From assembly GCA_030651905.1 (NCBI GenBank), contig JAUSBS010000001.1, positions 1 to 51,121 of the forward strand: 51,121 bases of DNA, read 5' to 3'. The DNA comes from Coriobacteriia bacterium. GTDB taxonomy: Bacteria; Actinomycetota; Coriobacteriia; Anaerosomatales; PALSA-660. The notes below the pieces were generated by a model. The model was not told the origin of the DNA, did not search any database, and worked only from the letters and a program-made list of their open reading frames with translations. Made by a program: the position numbers and the translations under genes. This document shows positions 35,930 through 46,065 of the stretch, piece after piece. Positions within the stretch are counted from its first letter, which is position 1. The number at the start of each line of letters is the position of its first letter.

Positions 35930-37972
35930 ATGGCAGACGAGCAGACCCCAGAACGACCCGCAGGAAGCGGCGTCCCGTTGGCGCGCTCCCTCGCGCTGAG
36001 TGCGGTCGGCCTGCTCCTGGCGGGCGCCGTGCTCTACGCCGTCAGCATCTACAGCTTCCCCGTCTTCCACGGGCTGATCGAGCTGTTCGCCGCGTCTACC
36101 GCGCTGGCCATCTTCTTCGTCGCATGGCACTCCCGACGCTTCCTCGATAACGCATACGTCGGCATCGTCGGCGTGGCGTACCTCGGCGTCGCGATCATCG
36201 GCGTCCTTCACACGCTCGCGTACAAGGGGACGAACGTATTCCCGGGAACGTCCAACGACCTCGCGACCCAACTGTGGCTCGCGGCCCGCTACGTCGCCAC
36301 CCTCGCTTTCCTTGTCGCACCCTTCTTCGTGAACCGCCGGGTGGACCTGCGCGCCCCACTTCTGGGCTTCTCCGCGCTCACGGCAGTCCTGCTGGCCGCG
36401 ATCTTCCGCGGAGCCTTCCCGCCCGTCTTCGTCGAGGGAGTCGGTCTCACGGCGTTCAAGATCGGTGTGGAGTACGTCGTGGTGGTCGCCCTCATGGTCG
36501 CCTTCGTCCTGCTCGTCAGGGTCCGCGCCTCCTTCGATCAGCGGGTCTTCCTCCTGCTGTGCTGCTCGATCGCGATGAGCGTCGGCGCAGAGATGGCGTT
36601 CACCCTCTACGCAGATCCGTTCGGGCCGGCGAACCTCGGAGGTCACTTCCTCTACGCAGGCGCCGCGTTCCTCGTCTATCGAGCGCTCGTACACGTGGCT
36701 CTCGAGGACCCCTACGCCGTCCTCTTCCGTCGTCTGAAACAGCGCGAGGAGGACCTGCAACTCGCGAACCGGTTGAGCGAGGCGCTGACGCGGATCGTCT
36801 CGGGGATAGCGTCGACCCTGGACTCGCAGGCGATACTCGAGCGGGTCGTGGTCTTGGCCGCCACGACGATCGGCGCGGACGCGGCGGCGGTCAGCGCGCC
36901 CGACGACGACGCCTGGGTCGTTCGCTCCGTGCACAAGCATCCCCCCGACGTGATCGGCACACGGCTCACCGCCGCCCAGTCGGCGCACATCGCCGCAGCC
37001 GTCGCCAGCCGCGAGGTGCTGGTGGTCGAGGATACGTCGATACCCGGCATCTTCAGCCGGCAGCTCGCGGCCGACTACTCGATCGGCGCCCTGCTCACGG
37101 TACCGCTCACGGTCCGTGACGAGCCCATCGGCGCGCTCTCGTTCCACTTCCACCGCCCACATCACTTCCGCGAGATCGAGCTCGACTTCGCCCGGAAGCT
37201 CGGCAGCGCGGTCGCGCTGGCGGTCGAGAACGCGCGACTCTACGAGACCGAGCACGAAGTGGCGGAGACGCTGCAGGCCGGATTGCGCCCGCAACTCGAG
37301 GACGTCGCCGGCGTCGAAGTGGGCTGGTCGTATGAAGCCGCGCCCGGGGTCGGTCGGCTCGGCGGCGATTTCTTCGACGTGTTCGCGATCGATGGGACGC
37401 GCGCGGCATTCATGATCGGTGACGTGGCCGGCAAGGGCATCAAAGCGGCCACGACGACAGCCACCGTGCGCGGCGCGGCGCGTGCTCTGGCCTACGTCGA
37501 CTCCGAACCCGTCACGGTGCTCAACGGGCTCAACATGACCCTCGCCCGCCGCGGTCTGGACGCGGGATTCGTCACACTGCTCTACGGCACGCTCGACGTC
37601 GTATCAGGCTACATGCGGCTCGGCATCGCGGGCCATCCGAGCCCGTATCTGTGCGACCGCCGCGAGCAGCCCGACTACGAGCACGCGATCGATCCCCCGC
37701 TCGGCCTGTTCCCGGAGCGGACCTACCACTCCGTCGACGTTCAGCTGGCGAAAGGCGAGCGTTTCATCATGTACACCGACGGCCTCATCGATGCACGCAG
37801 CGACGGTGTCCCGTTCGGCGAAGAGGGAGTGTATCGCGTGCTCGCCGAGGACACCGAGATGTCGGTATGGGAGCTCAGTTCGGCGCTGGCGGAAGCTGCA
37901 GCGGCCCACACCGGCGGCAACCGGGTGCTCGACGACGTCGCGGTCCTGGCGATCCGCTTCGTGGGCAGGTGA
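35930..37972 (+). CDS. MASE3-GAF-PP2C (RsbU/SpoIIE-type) membrane phosphatase
   Basis: MASE3 pattern (FH..IELF, HTLAYKG, QLWLAARY), GAF domain, then GGDFFD, GDVAGKG, YTDGL and DDVA. Confidence 0.9.
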   Translation: MADEQTPERPAGSGVPLARSLALSAVGLLLAGAVLYAVSIYSFPVFHGLIELFAASTALAIFFVAWHSRRFLDNAYVGIVGVAYLGVAIIGVLHTLAYKGTNVFPGTSNDLATQLWLAARYVATLAFLVAPFFVNRRVDLRAPLLGFSALTAVLLAAIFRGAFPPVFVEGVGLTAFKIGVEYVVVVALMVAFVLLVRVRASFDQRVFLLLCCSIAMSVGAEMAFTLYADPFGPANLGGHFLYAGAAFLVYRALVHVALEDPYAVLFRRLKQREEDLQLANRLSEALTRIVSGIASTLDSQAILERVVVLAATTIGADAAAVSAPDDDAWVVRSVHKHPPDVIGTRLTAAQSAHIAAAVASREVLVVEDTSIPGIFSRQLAADYSIGALLTVPLTVRDEPIGALSFHFHRPHHFREIELDFARKLGSAVALAVENARLYETEHEVAETLQAGLRPQLEDVAGVEVGWSYEAAPGVGRLGGDFFDVFAIDGTRAAFMIGDVAGKGIKAATTTATVRGAARALAYVDSEPVTVLNGLNMTLARRGLDAGFVTLLYGTLDVVSGYMRLGIAGHPSPYLCDRREQPDYEHAIDPPLGLFPERTYHSVDVQLAKGERFIMYTDGLIDARSDGVPFGEEGVYRVLAEDTEMSVWELSSALAEAAAAHTGGNRVLDDVAVLAIRFVGR

Positions 37973-37977
37973 GCGGC

Positions 37978-39207
37978 GTGAGCGACGCCGACCGCGAGTC
38001 CCTCCGGACCGCGCGCGCGCAACGCCAGCGAGATGCGCGGCGAGCGAGGACGAAGCGCACGCTGATGGTCTGCGCCTCCGTCGTGGGCGTCGCGCTCATG
38101 GTCGGAGCCGCCTACGCCGCGTGGACGGTGTTCGCTTCCACCCGGACCACCCGGACCGCACTCGCCGCACCGGTGGCCCCGAGCGTCGCCGGAGCACCCA
38201 CCATCGCGCTCGCGACGCTGCAGGCGGCCGCACTGGCCGCGCGCGACGACACGCTGACGGTCATCGCCGTCGGCGACCTGCTGTTCTCGCTAGGGCCGGC
38301 GAGCCTCATCAAGAGCCAGGGGGGCGCCGCGCCGCTCGCAAAGGTCGCCGATCTGCTCAAGGACGCTGACATAACCATCGCGAACCTCGAGTGTCCGCTG
38401 TCCACCCGCGGCGTCAAGGTCGGCGGCAAACCCGACCACCTCATATTCAGAGCCCCGCCCCAAGCCGTGGAGAGCCTGACGACGGCGGGCGTCGACATCG
38501 TCGCCCTGGCGAACAACCACATGATGGACTACGGCGCGCCCGCCATGGAGGACACGCTGCGCACGCTTGACACCGCCGGCGTGGCGCACGCGGGCGGCGG
38601 CATGAACAAGGCCGACGCATGGAAGCCCGCGATCGTGGAACGCGAAGGCAAGAAGGTCGCCTACCTGTCGTTCACGCAGCGCATCCCGTCGTACTTCATG
38701 CCGACGGCATCGACACCAGGTATCGCGTCGGGCAAGGACATGCGTGCCGTCATCGCCGCGATCCGTGCCGCGAAGACACAGGCCGACTACGTCATCGTCT
38801 CGTTCCACTGGGGCGTGGAACAGGCGTACGAGGTCAACGCCGGGCAAGTCCGAGACGGGAGAGCGGCGATCGACGCCGGCGCCGACATGGTGCTGTCACA
38901 CCATCCGCACGTCATGCAGGGAGTCGAGTTCTACAAGGACAAGCTCATCGCGTACTCGCTCGGGAACTTCCTGTTCCCGTACAAGACGACCGAGGGACGC
39001 AAGTCGTTCATCCTCAAGGCATCACTCGGCCCCAGCGGCGTGACGGATGTGACCGCGGTCCCGGTCTACATGGGCGAATGGGGCCGCCCGACGGTTCAGA
39101 CGGGCAGTAGTGCAGCGGGCATCCTCGGCAAGCTGAAGGCCATCTCCGCACCGCGCGGCGCGAACGTGATCATCGAGGGCGACAGGGCGCGGATCGTACC
39201 GAAGTAG
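37978..39207 (+). CDS. CapA/PgsA family metallophosphatase-fold protein
   Basis: VGD, ANLE, LANNHMMDYG, HWGVE, HHPHV and YSLGNF motifs; N-terminal TM. Confidence 0.92.
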   Translation: MSDADRESLRTARAQRQRDARRARTKRTLMVCASVVGVALMVGAAYAAWTVFASTRTTRTALAAPVAPSVAGAPTIALATLQAAALAARDDTLTVIAVGDLLFSLGPASLIKSQGGAAPLAKVADLLKDADITIANLECPLSTRGVKVGGKPDHLIFRAPPQAVESLTTAGVDIVALANNHMMDYGAPAMEDTLRTLDTAGVAHAGGGMNKADAWKPAIVEREGKKVAYLSFTQRIPSYFMPTASTPGIASGKDMRAVIAAIRAAKTQADYVIVSFHWGVEQAYEVNAGQVRDGRAAIDAGADMVLSHHPHVMQGVEFYKDKLIAYSLGNFLFPYKTTEGRKSFILKASLGPSGVTDVTAVPVYMGEWGRPTVQTGSSAAGILGKLKAISAPRGANVIIEGDRARIVPK

Positions 39208-39225
39208 TCGACCGTGCTGCAACGA

Positions 39226-39900
39226 CTACTCGTCGGTTGCCGCGGCTCCCAGGCCCGCCATGAGTGCGGCGGCAGCGGCAGCTTGGCGCGCCTCGAGTGA
39301 AGCGACACGGGCCTCCAGTGTGCCGATCTCCGCTTCACTCACCCCTGCGCCTTCTGCGACCGCAACAGGTTCGTCCTTCTTCCCTCGAACGAACTTCAGA
39401 TAGCCGAGCCCGATGGTCACCACGAGAGCGAACAGGATCACCAGGAACCGCTCCCACGAACTCCCGCTGACGATGACCCAGCCCGCCCCGTAGAGCATCG
39501 TGAAGAGACCGCCGAGCAACAGCCCGTTGGAGAGCACTCGGAGTTGTTCGCTGCGGATGAGGGAGACCCCCATCACGAGCGTCGCGAACACGACGAGCAC
39601 GATGCTCGTGTTGCGGGCCCAGATCTGCCGTTCGGCCTCGCGCTTCTTCTGAAGCGCGTCGATCTGAGCCTGCACTGCGTCGTACTTCGCCTTGTCGGAC
39701 GTGGACAGGACGCTCGGGTCCCCCTTCAGCCCCGCGATGGCCTGCTGTTCGCGATAGAGCGTCTGCTCCTGGTCCGAGTAGCGCTGCTCGGGGAACTCGT
39801 AGAACGTGTTCACGCCGACACCGATGAACGCCAGCACCATCAGGCCGACGAAGAACGAGAAGATCGTCTGCAGTGCGTCCCGCTGGCGGTCCCGGGCCAT
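39226..39900 (-). CDS. Hypothetical 4-TM membrane protein
   Basis: Hydrophobic segments with an extracytoplasmic coiled coil; GGAGG SD. Confidence 0.75.
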   Translation of the reverse strand: MARDRQRDALQTIFSFFVGLMVLAFIGVGVNTFYEFPEQRYSDQEQTLYREQQAIAGLKGDPSVLSTSDKAKYDAVQAQIDALQKKREAERQIWARNTSIVLVVFATLVMGVSLIRSEQLRVLSNGLLLGGLFTMLYGAGWVIVSGSSWERFLVILFALVVTIGLGYLKFVRGKKDEPVAVAEGAGVSEAEIGTLEARVASLEARQAAAAAALMAGLGAAATDE

Positions 39901-39954
39901 GTGGCGCCTCCGTAAGTCGTCAGGTGCGTGCAGGTCTATCGTACCCGCCCGGCG

Positions 39955-40647
39955 TCAGAGTCCGTCGACGAAGCCACTGTCGCAGTGCGAGCCGTCGCAC
40001 AGCGGCTTGTTCTTCGACTCGCCGCAGCGGCAGAGGGTGACGCGGTTGGCCACCTCGTACACGAAACCGTCGGAGGACTCGACCGAGACAGCGCCGCGCA
40101 CCCACAGCCCGCCGCTGACACCGAGCTGGGGATCCTCCACAAGCCCGATCGATGACTCGAACTCCAGCTCGTAGGGCTGGCCGGTGCCCTTGTCCCAGGC
40201 GACATAGCGTCCCGCCGGACACAAGCACGCTTGCCGGGTCACTCGCTCGGTGACCTCGGGATCGTCGGTGTGCTCGACACCGCGCCAGACCGTGTCGTAG
40301 GCGACGCAGAACCGCGCCTCGGCGCAGAGCCCCCTGACGTCGGTCACGTTCAGGCCCGGCCCTTCGAGGAGCACCGCCTGATCGAGATACGGCTCGCGAC
40401 TCGCTGTCTCGGTGCCGTCGAAGCCGGCGTCGATGTGCGAACCGTCGCAGAATGGCTTGGACCCGGAGCGGCCGCATCGACACAGCGTGTAGCGCGGCTG
40501 CGTGGGGATCGGCGCGCCCTCGGCCCACTCCACGGGCGCGCCGTCCGGACCGGGCACGATCGTGGTCTTCATGAGCGGCACGTCGCCCGAGACCGCGTAG
40601 GGCCCGTCCTTGAGGATCTTGATGCGGGGGCCGTGCTCGTCGCTCAC
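39955..40647 (-). CDS. Dual CDGSH iron-sulfur domain protein
   Basis: CRCGRSGSKPFCDGSH and CRCGESKNKPLCDGSH flanking a central Cys-containing domain. Confidence 0.92.
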   Translation of the reverse strand: MSDEHGPRIKILKDGPYAVSGDVPLMKTTIVPGPDGAPVEWAEGAPIPTQPRYTLCRCGRSGSKPFCDGSHIDAGFDGTETASREPYLDQAVLLEGPGLNVTDVRGLCAEARFCVAYDTVWRGVEHTDDPEVTERVTRQACLCPAGRYVAWDKGTGQPYELEFESSIGLVEDPQLGVSGGLWVRGAVSVESSDGFVYEVANRVTLCRCGESKNKPLCDGSHCDSGFVDGL

Positions 40648-40783
40648 AGGGGTGACCTCACCGTCGACTCGGGCCTTGCGCTGCGTCTTGGTTCGAAGCA
40701 TACGCCGTCGCGGTGAGCGACTGCGAGGGTGCTCCGCGGTGCTAGACTCGAACGCGCATCACCGCACAGCGTCAGGGGCTCAC

Positions 40784-41332
40784 GTGCTGCAGGAAAGCGA
40801 CGACATCCTCAGACTCACCGCGATCGGGCACGAGGGCAAGACCGCGCTCACGGTCCGCTTCGGCGTGGCCCCGTCGCCGATCGGCCCCATCCTCGTCGGC
40901 CGGACGGACACAGGCGTCTGCGCGGTGCTGCTGGGAGGCGACGCGGACGTGCTGGCAGGGGAGTTCCCTCGCGCCGCGCTCGTGGCGGACGACGCAGCGG
41001 CAACGGCCGCCGCGACACGACTGGCCGGGTACGTCGCCGGCACGGATGCCCTCCCCGACCTGCAACTCGACCTTCGCGGGACGCCGTTCCAGCGAGCGGT
41101 GTGGGCTGCGCTCCTGCGGGTCCCAGCGGGAACGACGGCGAGCTATGCCGACATCGCCCGCGACATCGGGGCGCCGGCCGCGTATCGTGCGGTGGCGAAC
41201 GCCTGCGGGGCCAACCACGTCGCCATCCTGGTGCCGTGCCACCGGATCGTGCGCACCGGAGGCGGAATGGGCGGCTATCGAGGCGGCATACAGCGCAAGG
41301 AGTGGCTCCTCGCGCTTGAGAAGGGAGTGTAG
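40784..41332 (+). CDS. ogt: Methylated-DNA--protein-cysteine methyltransferase; start uncertain
   Basis: GTPFQRAVW, RAVANACGAN and PCHR motifs. Confidence 0.9.
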   Translation: MLQESDDILRLTAIGHEGKTALTVRFGVAPSPIGPILVGRTDTGVCAVLLGGDADVLAGEFPRAALVADDAAATAAATRLAGYVAGTDALPDLQLDLRGTPFQRAVWAALLRVPAGTTASYADIARDIGAPAAYRAVANACGANHVAILVPCHRIVRTGGGMGGYRGGIQRKEWLLALEKGV

Positions 41333-41334
41333 TG

Positions 41335-41853
41335 ATGGCGGACCAGAGCGCTCAGGTAGCGGCTGCACAAAGCGACGACGGCCTGGCGGTCGCGGAGCTG
41401 GTCGCGGCCTACGTGGCCGGCGTGCAGCTCCTCGAGGACTCGGTGGCAGGGATGGACCTCGCGACCCTGCGCGAGCGCCCCATCGAAGGCCAGATGAGCT
41501 CGCTTGAAGTGCTCTCCCACGTGGCGGACTGCGAACAGTTCCTTGCGGACCGCATCAAGCGCACCGCGGCCACCGACCGGCCGCTGCTCGTCGGGATCGA
41601 TGCGAGTCCCTACCTGACGGTGCTGCACTATCAGGACCGCGACCCGGAGCTACAGCTGAGATTGGTCGAGATGACCCGGCTGAATCTGGCCGCGGACCTG
41701 GCGTGGCTGCCCGAGGATGCATGGACGCGAGTCGCGATCCACACCGAGACCGGCCTCGTGACGATGCGCCAGCTCCTGCTGCACGCGATCCGTCATCTCG
41801 AGTACCACGTGGGTACGATCCTTGAGAAGCGACGCGCGCTCGGACTGGGCTGA
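41335..41853 (+). CDS. DinB family protein
   Basis: S.LEVLSHVADCE and H..HL..H metal-binding pattern. Confidence 0.85.
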   Translation: MADQSAQVAAAQSDDGLAVAELVAAYVAGVQLLEDSVAGMDLATLRERPIEGQMSSLEVLSHVADCEQFLADRIKRTAATDRPLLVGIDASPYLTVLHYQDRDPELQLRLVEMTRLNLAADLAWLPEDAWTRVAIHTETGLVTMRQLLLHAIRHLEYHVGTILEKRRALGLG

Positions 41854-41873
41854 ACCCAAGGAGGCGAGACTTC

Positions 41874-42107
41874 ATGGAACCACTCATCGTGATCACGGGA
41901 GTCGCGGCCTTCGCCTTGGTCCTCGTTCTGCTTGGCAAGCTCTTCGACTGGATCCGCGGGATACGGGGTGGCGACAGGTTCTCGGGATGGTACGCCGGCA
42001 AGGCGAGCAACGCCTACCAGGACAACACCCGCAACCTCATCAGTGGTGCGGAACTCGACAACATGGACGACCGCGGGCCGGACCACCAGGACGGCGGGCT
42101 GACCTGA
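41874..42107 (+). CDS. Small single-TM hypothetical protein
   Basis: AAGGAGG SD; N-terminal hydrophobic helix. Confidence 0.6.
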   Translation: MEPLIVITGVAAFALVLVLLGKLFDWIRGIRGGDRFSGWYAGKASNAYQDNTRNLISGAELDNMDDRGPDHQDGGLT

Positions 42108-42127
42108 CGCTCAGCTGATCCACGGGG

Positions 42128-43033
42128 CTACCGGCCTGCCGTGTCCCGCCGAACATACCCGTCCCAGCGCGCGTCGACCCAAGCCTGTACCTCGTCGACG
42201 CTGCCGTCCGGCATGCCCCGGAACCGGCCCTGCGTCGCGATGTAGTCCGCGACAGGCGTGCGCTTGCCGCTCTTCGCGAGCGCGGCGCTGCGGCCAGTGA
42301 GACGGAACACGCCGTCTTCGACCTCGTAGAGCACCACGAGTCCTGCATCGACGGCCATCTTGCCGAGGCGCACGGTGTCCTTCGGATCGAAGCCCCAGCC
42401 GCTCGGACATGGGACGTTCATGTGGACATAGCGCAGGCCGTGGATCGTGCGCGCCTTGGCCACCTTGTCGTAGACATCGGTCGGATACACCGCCGAGGTC
42501 GACGCGACGTACGGGATGCCGTGAGCCTCCATGATGCGCGGCATGTCTTTCGGGTTCTCCCGCTTGCCGCTCCACGTCGTGGTGGTGCGCGCGCCGGCGG
42601 GCGTCAGACCGGAACGCTGCGTCCCGGTGTTCATGTACGCCTCGTTGTCGTAGCACAGGTAGATGAAATCGTCGTTGCGTTCGGCGGCGCCGGAGAGCGC
42701 CTGGATGCCGATGTCGCCGGTACCGCCGTCACCCGCCATCGCCAGCACGGTCATCTCATCGGCCTTACCCATGGCGCGCAGCCCGGCCGCGAGACCGGAT
42801 GCCGCGGCAGCAGTGGATGGGAACGCGACGTTGACCCACGGCACATCCACTGAGGAGATCGGGTACATGCCGCCGAGCACCGTGAGGCAGCTGGCCGGTA
42901 CCGTCATGACCATGCGGCCGTCGAGCGCCTTCGTGATCGCCCGCAGGCCGATGCCGATGCCGCAGCCGGCGCAGGCCCGGTTGCCCGAGAGCACCCGCTC
43001 GGTCACGGGCAGGTCGAGTATCTTCGTCGGCAT
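42128..43033 (-). CDS. porB: 2-oxoacid:ferredoxin oxidoreductase beta subunit
   Basis: ACAGCG, GDGGTGDIG, YDNEAYMNTG.QRS and PCPSGW motifs. Confidence 0.92.
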   Translation of the reverse strand: MPTKILDLPVTERVLSGNRACAGCGIGIGLRAITKALDGRMVMTVPASCLTVLGGMYPISSVDVPWVNVAFPSTAAAASGLAAGLRAMGKADEMTVLAMAGDGGTGDIGIQALSGAAERNDDFIYLCYDNEAYMNTGTQRSGLTPAGARTTTTWSGKRENPKDMPRIMEAHGIPYVASTSAVYPTDVYDKVAKARTIHGLRYVHMNVPCPSGWGFDPKDTVRLGKMAVDAGLVVLYEVEDGVFRLTGRSAALAKSGKRTPVADYIATQGRFRGMPDGSVDEVQAWVDARWDGYVRRDTAGR

Positions 43034-43037
43034 CTTC

Positions 43038-44258
43038 TCACCCATCCAGGCGGAGGTTGATCCAGTCGGTCGGCCGGTGCCGTGTACCCGCGTGGCCGTC
43101 GGCGAGAGCCCGTCGCGCCGCGTCCACAAGGTGATCCGGCGAGACGTCGCGACCGCCGAGGCCACAGACGGCGCCCCACACGGTCGGCGCATCCGGCTCA
43201 CCCGAGAGCGCGGCCCGCAGGTCGGCGCATATCGGGCCCTCGTAGCCGTAGGAGAGCGCCTTGTCGAAGACGAGGACCCCCTTGCGACCGACGAGCCTCT
43301 CGCGAAGAGCCGCGGCCGGGAACGGGCGGTAGCAGCGGATCCCGAGCACACCTGCCTGGACGCCCTGGGCACGCAGCGTCTCGACGGCCACGGTCGCCTG
43401 TGTGCCAAGAGAGCCGGCCGCGACAAGCACGAGCTCCGCGTCCTCGAGCAGGTACTCCCACGTGAGACCGCCCCAGCCGCGACCGACGACGGCCGCGTAC
43501 TCCGCGTCGACCTCCGGCACGACCTCGAGCGCTGCCAGAAGTGCCTGTTGGTGCAGGGCGCGGATCTCCATGTAGCCGTGGCACGACTGGCCGGACGCGT
43601 CCGCGCGCGGGTCCGCGATCACCACGGGGCCGATGTTGCGCGGGTCGTTCACGTCCACGATCTGCAGCGGTTCAGGCCGCTTGGGCAAGAACGCGTCCGC
43701 GTCACCGACCGACGGTACGGACACAGGCATGACGGTGTGCGAAAGCAGGAAGCCGTCGTAGCACACCATCACCGGCACGTTCAGGCGCTCCGCGATGCGG
43801 TACGCCTGGAGCGTCGTGTCGAGGATCTCCTGGTTGTCACGGCAGTAGAGTTGGACCCAGCCCGCGTCGCGGACCGACATCGAGTCCTGCTGGTCGTTGA
43901 GCACGTTCCATGGCGCGGCCATGGCGCGGTTCGCGATGCACATCACGATCGGCAGCCGTGCGCCGGCGGCCCACCAGACCTGCTCGGTCATATAGGCCAG
44001 CCCGTTCGCGGATGTCGCGGTGAAGACGCGAGCACCGACCGTGGACGCGGTGATGCAGACGGTGAGCGCGGAGTGCTCGGACTCCACGGTGACGAACTCG
44101 GCCGGCAACTCACCGGACTCGACCCACGCGGAGAGCTGCTCGACGACAGGCGATTGCGGCGTGATCGGGTAGGCCGCGACGACCTGCACCCGAGCCAGCT
44201 TGACCGCCGCGGCCGCGGCCTCGTTGCCGGTCATGACCTCGGTGGTGCCGGTGCTCAT
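43038..44258 (-). CDS. porA: 2-oxoacid:ferredoxin oxidoreductase alpha subunit
   Basis: GNEAAA, YPITPQ, VESEHSA and DGF.LSH motifs. Confidence 0.92.
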   Translation of the reverse strand: MSTGTTEVMTGNEAAAAAVKLARVQVVAAYPITPQSPVVEQLSAWVESGELPAEFVTVESEHSALTVCITASTVGARVFTATSANGLAYMTEQVWWAAGARLPIVMCIANRAMAAPWNVLNDQQDSMSVRDAGWVQLYCRDNQEILDTTLQAYRIAERLNVPVMVCYDGFLLSHTVMPVSVPSVGDADAFLPKRPEPLQIVDVNDPRNIGPVVIADPRADASGQSCHGYMEIRALHQQALLAALEVVPEVDAEYAAVVGRGWGGLTWEYLLEDAELVLVAAGSLGTQATVAVETLRAQGVQAGVLGIRCYRPFPAAALRERLVGRKGVLVFDKALSYGYEGPICADLRAALSGEPDAPTVWGAVCGLGGRDVSPDHLVDAARRALADGHAGTRHRPTDWINLRLDG

Positions 44259-44584
44259 CGCGCCACCTCCGCGGCGGCGTCGATCTCGCACGTGCCATGC
44301 TCGGCCTCGGGGACCATCGCGATCGCGCCTGCGGGGCACTCCTCGGCACAGATGCCGCACCCCTTGCAGTACGTGAGATCGATCGCCGGGCCGGCACCTT
44401 GCGTGATGCACGCGTCGGGGCAGTAGGCCCAGCACAGTTGGCAGGTCACCTTGCCGGACTTTGCGGCGAGGCACTTCGCCGCGTCCATGACCGGCCGGCT
44501 GTTGCGCCAGTCGCCCGTCAGGCCTGCCTCGCCCACACTCGGGCGCGACATCGCTATCGGCGATCCACACTCCCTGGTACCCAT
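44255..44584 (-). CDS. porD: 2-oxoacid:ferredoxin oxidoreductase delta subunit
   Basis: TGDWR..RP, C-x9-CQLCWAYCPD and YCKGCGICAEECP motifs. Confidence 0.92.
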   Translation of the reverse strand: MGTRECGSPIAMSRPSVGEAGLTGDWRNSRPVMDAAKCLAAKSGKVTCQLCWAYCPDACITQGAGPAIDLTYCKGCGICAEECPAGAIAMVPEAEHGTCEIDAAAEVAR

Positions 44585-44607
44585 GCGACTCCGTCCTTCG
44601 CGCGCGC

Positions 44608-45162
44608 TCACGCGCGGGTGCACTCGTACGCGATCTTCGCGGCCTCGATGTTCTTCGACGCCGCCGTGCCCTTGAACGCCTTGCCGATGGCGGCTTCGAC
44701 GCCGGCCATCGTGATGAGCCCGGTGGCGGCAGCGAACGCGCCCAGGATGGCAGTGGAGACCATCGGCTGCCCGCCAACGATGAGGTCGACCGCCTGGGCG
44801 GCGCCGGTGACGTCACTCGTGACGACACGGATGTCGCCGCCGAGTCCGAGTTCGGCAACCGACTTCGTCGTGTTCACGATGATGGTGCCCCCCGGCCTCA
44901 TGCCGGCCGTGGCCTTCGCGACCCCCAGCAGGGAGTCGTCGAGGACGACGACGATGTCGGGTGCGGTGACTTGCGACAACACCCGGATCGGTTCGTGCGC
45001 GAGCCGTGAGGACGCCGTGATCGGCGCGCCCCTTCGCTCCGCACCGAAGGACGGCTGTGACGTCACGCCCTCGAACCCGCTGCGGAACGCCGCGTCCGCG
45101 AGGAGCTTCGCGCTCGTGACAGCGCCTTGTCCGCCGCGGCCGTGCCAGCGTATCTCGTGCAT
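44608..45162 (-). CDS. porC: 2-oxoacid:ferredoxin oxidoreductase gamma subunit
   Basis: EIRWHGRGGQGAVT and FGAERRGAP motifs. Confidence 0.92.
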   Translation of the reverse strand: MHEIRWHGRGGQGAVTSAKLLADAAFRSGFEGVTSQPSFGAERRGAPITASSRLAHEPIRVLSQVTAPDIVVVLDDSLLGVAKATAGMRPGGTIIVNTTKSVAELGLGGDIRVVTSDVTGAAQAVDLIVGGQPMVSTAILGAFAAATGLITMAGVEAAIGKAFKGTAASKNIEAAKIAYECTRA

Positions 45163-45208
45163 GCGATCGCTCCCCACATCGTTCAGCATGGGGAGGATGA
45201 TACCAGCC

Positions 45209-45937
45209 CTAGAGGCCCAGGCCGTTGAGAAGCGCGAACTGCGAGCCGAAGTCGTCGTTGCTGAACACGACCGTCATGCCTCCTTGAGAGAAGACGCCTC
45301 CCCTCGAGACCTGCGGCACCGTCACCGATGAGGATACTGACGCACCTGCGGCGGTCGGTCCGGCATAGAACGGCACGGGCTCGACCGGACGGCCCATCCT
45401 GCCCAAGACGAAGGCGGCGACAGGCTGACCGAGGAAGACGGCGACTATGTATGAGATGAGGGTGGCCGAGCCCTCCCAGGCGCCCTTCGGCGGCACGTAC
45501 CCGGCCAGCACCACTAGAACGACTCCCACCGGGACGCTGAGAAGTAGTCCCGTCAGGCAACCCCAACGAGTCGAGGCGGTCCCGCCGAAGAGCCACGCGA
45601 TCGCCGCCCTGGCGACAACGGCGATCATCGCGATCGCCATCAGCCAGGTGAGGCCGGTCAGGACCGCGCTGGCCTGCTCGGGCAATCCCCCGACCGCGGG
45701 AAGAGCGAGGCTGAGGGCGAGCACGGCGGTGAGGCAACCCAGGCCCTTGTTCGAGCGCTCCTTCTTCTCCCTGGCAGCGCACACGTCGCACAGCGGGAAG
45801 TCCAGCGAAACGGTGTACTTGCCCGCGTTGGCCGAGCCCCCTGCGCGCAGCTTCCCGCTGCCGGCCGGTGCGCCGCACGAGCAGCATATCCCCGGCATGA
45901 CGTAGCTGGCGCCCGGTACGAGTCGAACCGACTTCAC
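45209..45937 (-). CDS. Hypothetical membrane protein with N-terminal CxxC/CxxC
   Basis: CCSCG...LCDVC followed by 4 TM segments; GGAGGG SD before the GTG. Confidence 0.65.
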   Translation of the reverse strand: MKSVRLVPGASYVMPGICCSCGAPAGSGKLRAGGSANAGKYTVSLDFPLCDVCAAREKKERSNKGLGCLTAVLALSLALPAVGGLPEQASAVLTGLTWLMAIAMIAVVARAAIAWLFGGTASTRWGCLTGLLLSVPVGVVLVVLAGYVPPKGAWEGSATLISYIVAVFLGQPVAAFVLGRMGRPVEPVPFYAGPTAAGASVSSSVTVPQVSRGGVFSQGGMTVVFSNDDFGSQFALLNGLGL

Positions 45938-46065
45938 GGCCCCTCCCCCCAGCGTGGCGGTCTCGGCCGGGCCCTCGCCCGGCCTCCCCGCCGCTCAGCG
46001 CCACTGTACTCCGCGATCCGGCCGCATGACGAGTGGTCGGTGGCGCTGTGCAGGTGCGGCCGCAG

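Noticed and set aside
35780-37294. 504-aa minus-strand ORF
   Set aside because: Antisense to the MASE3-PP2C gene and runs into tRNA-Phe.
42663-44426. 587-aa plus-strand ORF
   Set aside because: Antisense shadow of porD, porA and porB.
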